Below the pieces are notes generated by a model. That model had not been told where the DNA came from and did not search any database. It saw nothing but the letters and a program-made list of their open reading frames with translations. From the NCBI GenBank assembly GCA_021794015.1, contig JAJYRQ010000001.1:39448-103447 (forward strand): a stretch of 64,000 nucleotides of DNA. Reading direction: 5' to 3'. The stretch comes from Deltaproteobacteria bacterium (GTDB taxonomy: Bacteria > Desulfobacterota > Binatia > Binatales > Binataceae). A program made the position numbers and the translations under genes. This document shows positions 60,268 through 64,000 of this stretch, in pieces (position 1 is the stretch's first letter; every line of letters starts with the position of its first letter).

Positions 60268-60600
60268 GGAGTCTTGGCAGCGCGGGACGTCCTTCCCTTT
60301 CTCCGCCGGCAGAGGGGGCGACAAGGATGCGGCCGGGACCTGCTCTTTGCTCCCTTTTTAGGGAGGGCTTATCTTATTGAGGATTGCATATTATAGCGAC
60401 AGTTTCATTCCTGCCGGGCTACTTTGGCGTGTCGTTCTCACGCGCAAAGGGTCCCTCGGCGGCCCTGAGCACGCCGAGGACGGCGGCTGGCGCGCCGGGA
60501 AGCTCGAGCTTTCGCCCGCGCCGCGCCGGCGCAGTCCGCGATTCCTCGCGCGCAGCCAGTGCCTGGCGCGGCAAGGCCCCGGGGCCCCTCGCGCGCGCCG

Positions 60601-60693
60601 GGCCATTGCATGGCGGCAGGCAGACGCGTCGCGCATCCCCGCATTGCGCTCCCGCTGGTCGAGCAAGCTGCCGTGCGGTCAGCACCGCGCGCG
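60601..60693 (+). repeat. Dispersed intergenic repeat, copy R2
   Basis: 93-nt gap-free match to 16751-16843 (6 mismatches). The flanking upstream GATTCCTCGCGCGCAG motif and the downstream AT-rich block are also shared. Confidence 0.8.
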
Positions 60694-60715
60694 GGGGTGA
60701 CAGAGACGGGGGGCC

Positions 60716-60796
60716 CTCTTTTCCTCTCCCTCTCCGCCGGCGGGGGAGAGGATCGAGGCGCCGCCCTGAGCGGAGCGCAAGCGGAGTCGAAGGGAG
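60716..60796 (+). repeat. GC-rich hairpin repeat (family E2), copy b
   Basis: CCTCTCCCTCTCC-gccggcggg-GGAGAGG hairpin plus CCCTGAGCGGAGCGCAAGCGGAGTCGAAGGG, related to 42411-42480. A shorter relative is at 60290-60320. Confidence 0.55.
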
Positions 60797-60875
60797 ACGC
60801 ACCGCGCGTGGCAATGACGGAACGACGCGCGACCGAGCGGAAGCTGCGTAACTATATTGTGCAGTATTGAATAGT

Positions 60876-61811
60876 ATGGCAATGGCCTTGAGATTTGGGT
60901 GGCGCAAAGGCAGGCATTCGCGCAGCAGGGGCGCCGTCGAGGTCGGGGAGCCGAGCGCCGGCTACCGCGGCAGCCGGTTGTTCGGCGGGCTTAGGACCGG
61001 CAGCGGGCAGACCGATCTGTATCACTTTCTGCTTGCCTCGCCATGGCCGGTGCTTCTGCTCATGGGTGGCGCGGCGCTGGTGGTGGTGAACAGCCTCTTT
61101 GCCCTGGCCTATATGCTGAGCCGGGGGCTGGAGGCGGCGCAGCCGTTGTCCTTTGTCGATGTCTTTCTTTTCAGCGTGCAGACGATGGCCACCGTCGGCT
61201 CGAGTCAGGCGGTGGCGCGCACGGTGATGGCCAACGCGCTGGTCGGCCTGGAAGCGACTACGGGTTTCTGCGTTCTGGCGATTGCCACGGCGGTTTCGTT
61301 TGCCCGCATTTCGCGGCCCACGGCGCGGGTGCGTTTCAGCAGGGTAGCGGTGGTTAGCCAGCGCGACGGCGCGCCGGCGCTCTGGTTTCGCATGGCCAAT
61401 GTGCGCGGCAATCGCATCGTCGAGGCGCAGGTCCGGCTGATGCTGGCGCGGTGGGAAACGACGGCCGAGGGCGAGCCGCTGCGCCGGCTTTACGACCTGG
61501 CGTTGGTGCGCGACCGCACGGCGTTGTTTGCGCTGAGTTGGTCGGTGTTTCATCGGCTGGACGGCGACAGCCCGCTGTGCAACGCCACACCTCAGACGCT
61601 TTTGGCCGGCAAGGCGCTAATCGTCGTTTCGGTCACCGGGATCGACGAGACTTTCATGCAAACGGTGCATGCGCGCCACGTTTACCGCCCGCAGGAGGTC
61701 ATCTTCGGCGCGCGCCTGGCCGACATCTTAAGCGAGAGCGTAGAGGGACGGCTGCTGGTTGACTATGCGCGCTTCGACGAAGTGATTGTTCTGCCTGAAG
61801 GAGCGCAATGA
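60876..61811 (+). CDS. KirBac-like inward-rectifier K+ channel homologue with a degenerate selectivity filter
   Basis: Kir architecture: a two-TM pore domain (LLMGGAALVVVNSLFALAYML...FSVQTMATVGSS) plus an IRK C-terminal beta-rich domain (FARISRPTARVRFSRVAVV...MANVRGN). The canonical T-I/V-G-Y-G is replaced by TVGSS. Start ambiguous (TTG 60867 or ATG 60876). Confidence 0.65.
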   Translation: MAMALRFGWRKGRHSRSRGAVEVGEPSAGYRGSRLFGGLRTGSGQTDLYHFLLASPWPVLLLMGGAALVVVNSLFALAYMLSRGLEAAQPLSFVDVFLFSVQTMATVGSSQAVARTVMANALVGLEATTGFCVLAIATAVSFARISRPTARVRFSRVAVVSQRDGAPALWFRMANVRGNRIVEAQVRLMLARWETTAEGEPLRRLYDLALVRDRTALFALSWSVFHRLDGDSPLCNATPQTLLAGKALIVVSVTGIDETFMQTVHARHVYRPQEVIFGARLADILSESVEGRLLVDYARFDEVIVLPEGAQ

Positions 61812-61848
61812 GAGCGCGCCGGCGCGGGCGCAGTCCGGCGGCCGGCGC

Positions 61849-63447
61849 CTAATGGGCGCCGGCGCTGCTCGCCCCGGCCGCCCCGCGGCGAAACAGCAGC
61901 GCCCACGGCACCATCAGGAGCGCCACCAGGGCCAGCAGGCGGTAGACGTCGTTGAACGAGAGCAAGAGCGCCTGGCCCTCGACCTGCTTGAGCAGCAGGC
62001 CCAAGCCCTGTTTCTGGCCGGTTGCCAGCTCGAGCGGGAAGTTGAACTTCGGCGCTCCCGGCATCCGCGGCGCCGTGCTGCTCAGCCGCCACAGGACAAA
62101 CGGCGTAACATGCCCGACCAAGTACGACTGATGCACCTGGGGCAGCCGTTCGAGCAGATTGCTCACCATCGAGACGCCGATCGCCGAGCCGGTGTTGCGC
62201 AGCATGTTGTAAAGGCTGGCGGCGAAACCCATCCGCGCTGGCGCAACGCTGCTCAGCGCCGCCGAAGCCAGAAAAGGAAAAACCATCCCGCTTCCCACCC
62301 CCATCAGCAGAATCGGCAACTGAATGGAGTAGGCGCTCACCGTGGTGTCCCACTGAGACATCTGCCAGGACGACCAGGCCAGCAGGACGAAACCGAGACT
62401 GGTCAAAAACCGCGTGTCAACACCCGTGCGGGCCAACTGGCCCACCAGAATCATTGAAGCCGCCACGCCCACGCCGCGGCTGGCCACGGCCAGCCCCGCG
62501 TTCCACGCGGTGTAGCCCATCAGCTCCTGCAGGAAGAGCGGGTTCATCAGGTTGGCCCCGTAGAGCACGACCACCAGGAGCGAGACCATCAGGGCGCTCA
62601 GGCTGAACTCGCGGATGCGAAAAACCGTCAGGTCCAAAACCGGCGCGGAAAAACGCAGCTCGTGAACCACCAATAGAACCGCCGAGACTGCCGAGGTCAG
62701 CGTCAAATACCAGACCCACGGCGCCGCAAACCAGTCCGAACGCTCGCCCCGGTCGAGCACCATTTGCAGGGCGCCGAGGCTCAAAGCCAGGAAGGCGATC
62801 CCCAGGTAGTCAATCCGCGCCTGCGCCCGGCGCTGGAGCTTAAGATAACTGGGATCATGCACGAAGGTATAAACCATCAAGGAAGCGGCCGCTCCGATCG
62901 GAAGATTGATGTAGAAGTTCCAGCGCCAACTCCAGTTGTAGGTTATCCAACCGCCCACCACGGGGCCCATGACCGGGGCGACCATTAGCCCGAGCCCCCA
63001 GGCCGCCATGGCCATCTGCCGCTCCTCGGGCGCGAAGGTTTCCATCAGGATTGCCTGGGAGGTGGGGATCATGGCTGCCCCGGCTGCGCCCTGGAAGAGC
63101 CGGAAAAAGACCATCTGGTCAAGCGACTGCGCGGCGCCGCAAAGCCAGGAGGCGAACAGGAACATGAAAACCGAAAACATGAAGTAGCGCTTGCGCCCGA
63201 AACGCGCCGACAACCATCCGGTCAGCGGGATCATGATCCCGTTCGAAACCAGGTAGCTGGTCAACACCCAGGTGATCTGATCGCGGCTGACCGAGAAAGT
63301 GCCCTCCATGTAGGGCAACGCGACATTGACGATGGAGGTGTCGAGCAACTCAAGGGCCGCGCAAAAAACTACCGCAAACGCGATGAGCCACTTGTGGCGC
63401 GCAGGGCTGGAGGGCGCGGCCGCGCCGGCCGGAGCCTTGTCTTCCAT
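61849..63447 (-). CDS. emrB: MFS drug-efflux transporter, DHA2 (EmrB/QacA, 14-TMS) family
   Basis: 532 aa. DHA2 signatures (LDTSIVNVALP, GWLSARFGRKR). Confidence 0.85.
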   Translation of the reverse strand: MEDKAPAGAAAPSSPARHKWLIAFAVVFCAALELLDTSIVNVALPYMEGTFSVSRDQITWVLTSYLVSNGIMIPLTGWLSARFGRKRYFMFSVFMFLFASWLCGAAQSLDQMVFFRLFQGAAGAAMIPTSQAILMETFAPEERQMAMAAWGLGLMVAPVMGPVVGGWITYNWSWRWNFYINLPIGAAASLMVYTFVHDPSYLKLQRRAQARIDYLGIAFLALSLGALQMVLDRGERSDWFAAPWVWYLTLTSAVSAVLLVVHELRFSAPVLDLTVFRIREFSLSALMVSLLVVVLYGANLMNPLFLQELMGYTAWNAGLAVASRGVGVAASMILVGQLARTGVDTRFLTSLGFVLLAWSSWQMSQWDTTVSAYSIQLPILLMGVGSGMVFPFLASAALSSVAPARMGFAASLYNMLRNTGSAIGVSMVSNLLERLPQVHQSYLVGHVTPFVLWRLSSTAPRMPGAPKFNFPLELATGQKQGLGLLLKQVEGQALLLSFNDVYRLLALVALLMVPWALLFRRGAAGASSAGAH

Positions 63448-63449
63448 GG

Positions 63450-64000
63450 TTAGCGCGCCGGTTTCGCTTTGCCGAACCAGAGCGCCTGGCCGTCGCGGCC
63501 CGCAGCGCCGGCCGGCCCCGCCGGCGCGCCGCCGGCCCCGGGAATCGGCCCCACAGGCAGCGAAAGCGGCGGCAGGTAGATCGGCTGGCGGCGGTCGAAA
63601 GCGTGCTGCAGCGTCGAGCTCAAAAGCGGCCCGCGCGTGTCGCTTACGTCGATCGCCACCTCAACCGAAAGACCCAGACGAAGCGGCTTGTCGGCCGGCG
63701 GCGGTCGATCGAGCACCACCCTGACCGGCAGCCGTTGGACGACCTTTACCCAGTTGCCGGTGGCATTCTCCGGCGGCAGCAAGGCAAAGGCCGCTCCGGT
63801 CCCCATCGCCAGCGAATCGACGCGACCGTGGAATACGTAGGCGGGATAAATATCGGCCCGTACCTCGGCCGGCTGGCCCACCCGCACATGGGTAAGCGCC
63901 GTTTCCTTGAAGTTGGCCGTGATGTAGAGCCGGTCGGTCGAAACCACCGCCATCAGCGGCTGTCCGGCCTCGACCCGCTGGCCGACCTCAACGCTCTTGC
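63450..64000 (-). CDS. emrA: HlyD-family membrane fusion protein (EmrA-like), 3' portion only; the gene continues beyond the window
   Basis: C-terminal HlyD beta-barrel region (YITANFKETALTHVRVGQPAEVRAD...VQRLPVRV). Sits immediately upstream of emrB. The 5' end lies outside the window. Confidence 0.7.
   Translation of the reverse strand, partial: KSVEVGQRVEAGQPLMAVVSTDRLYITANFKETALTHVRVGQPAEVRADIYPAYVFHGRVDSLAMGTGAAFALLPPENATGNWVKVVQRLPVRVVLDRPPPADKPLRLGLSVEVAIDVSDTRGPLLSSTLQHAFDRRQPIYLPPLSLPVGPIPGAGGAPAGPAGAAGRDGQALWFGKAKPAR

Overview
This window is a high-GC (about 65-70%) chromosomal segment from a Gram-negative (LPS-producing), sigma-54-containing bacterium; I cannot assign a lineage from the sequence alone. 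It is densely coded with core metabolism and envelope genes.

Main blocks, left to right:
1. An Alternative Complex III operon (actA-B-C-D-F, with no actE or actG) fused directly to a caa3-type cytochrome c oxidase operon (coxB with a C-terminal cytochrome c domain, a fused subunit I+III, subunit IV, and a Caa3-type CtaG). A PEBP-family protein, tag and hemW follow.
2. A low-GC islet carrying a ChaC-like gene and a membrane-anchored SNase-family nuclease.
3. A roughly 1 kb gene-poor, repeat-bearing region.
4. A class-I lysyl-tRNA synthetase (lysK) preceded by a zinc-ribbon gene, then a DHH phosphoesterase, HPr/NPr, and metK-ahcY.
5. The classical kdsB-pyrG-kdsA-lptC-lptA-rpoN-hpf-ptsN-rapZ cluster (minus strand, with no lptB), plus ptsP (GAF-EI-Ntr).
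6. A membrane-anchored class-B (B12-binding) radical SAM protein.
7. A second low-GC islet with an SDH-family ClpP-fold peptidase and two tandem DUF507 paralogues, then cyaY and tRNA-Ser(GGA).
8. A rhodanese gene whose catalytic cysteine codon is an in-frame TGA followed by a SECIS-like hairpin, so it is a putative selenoprotein.
9. Two large tandem NHL-repeat lipoprotein paralogues, VanZ, zwf, a GT9 heptosyltransferase, lpxD, an L,D-transpeptidase, a flavin reductase, a GT2, a TPR protein and dacC.
10. A MocR-type regulator divergent from a PNPOx-family gene, a KirBac-like channel with a degenerate selectivity filter (TVGSS instead of TVGYG), and the emrB plus partial emrA pair.

The most unusual non-genic signal is a dispersed repeat family of about 93 nt. 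It is present intact at three loci (one of them tandemly duplicated) with a possible fragment at a fourth, always in the same orientation and in intergenic DNA, mostly at gene 3' ends. It occurs together with a second GC-rich hairpin repeat family and a shared AT-rich promoter-like module. No CRISPR array, rRNA or obvious IS/transposase was seen. I found no single clearly novel multi-gene system; the putative Sec-rhodanese, the repeat families, the degenerate Kir channel and the two low-GC islets are the best follow-up candidates.
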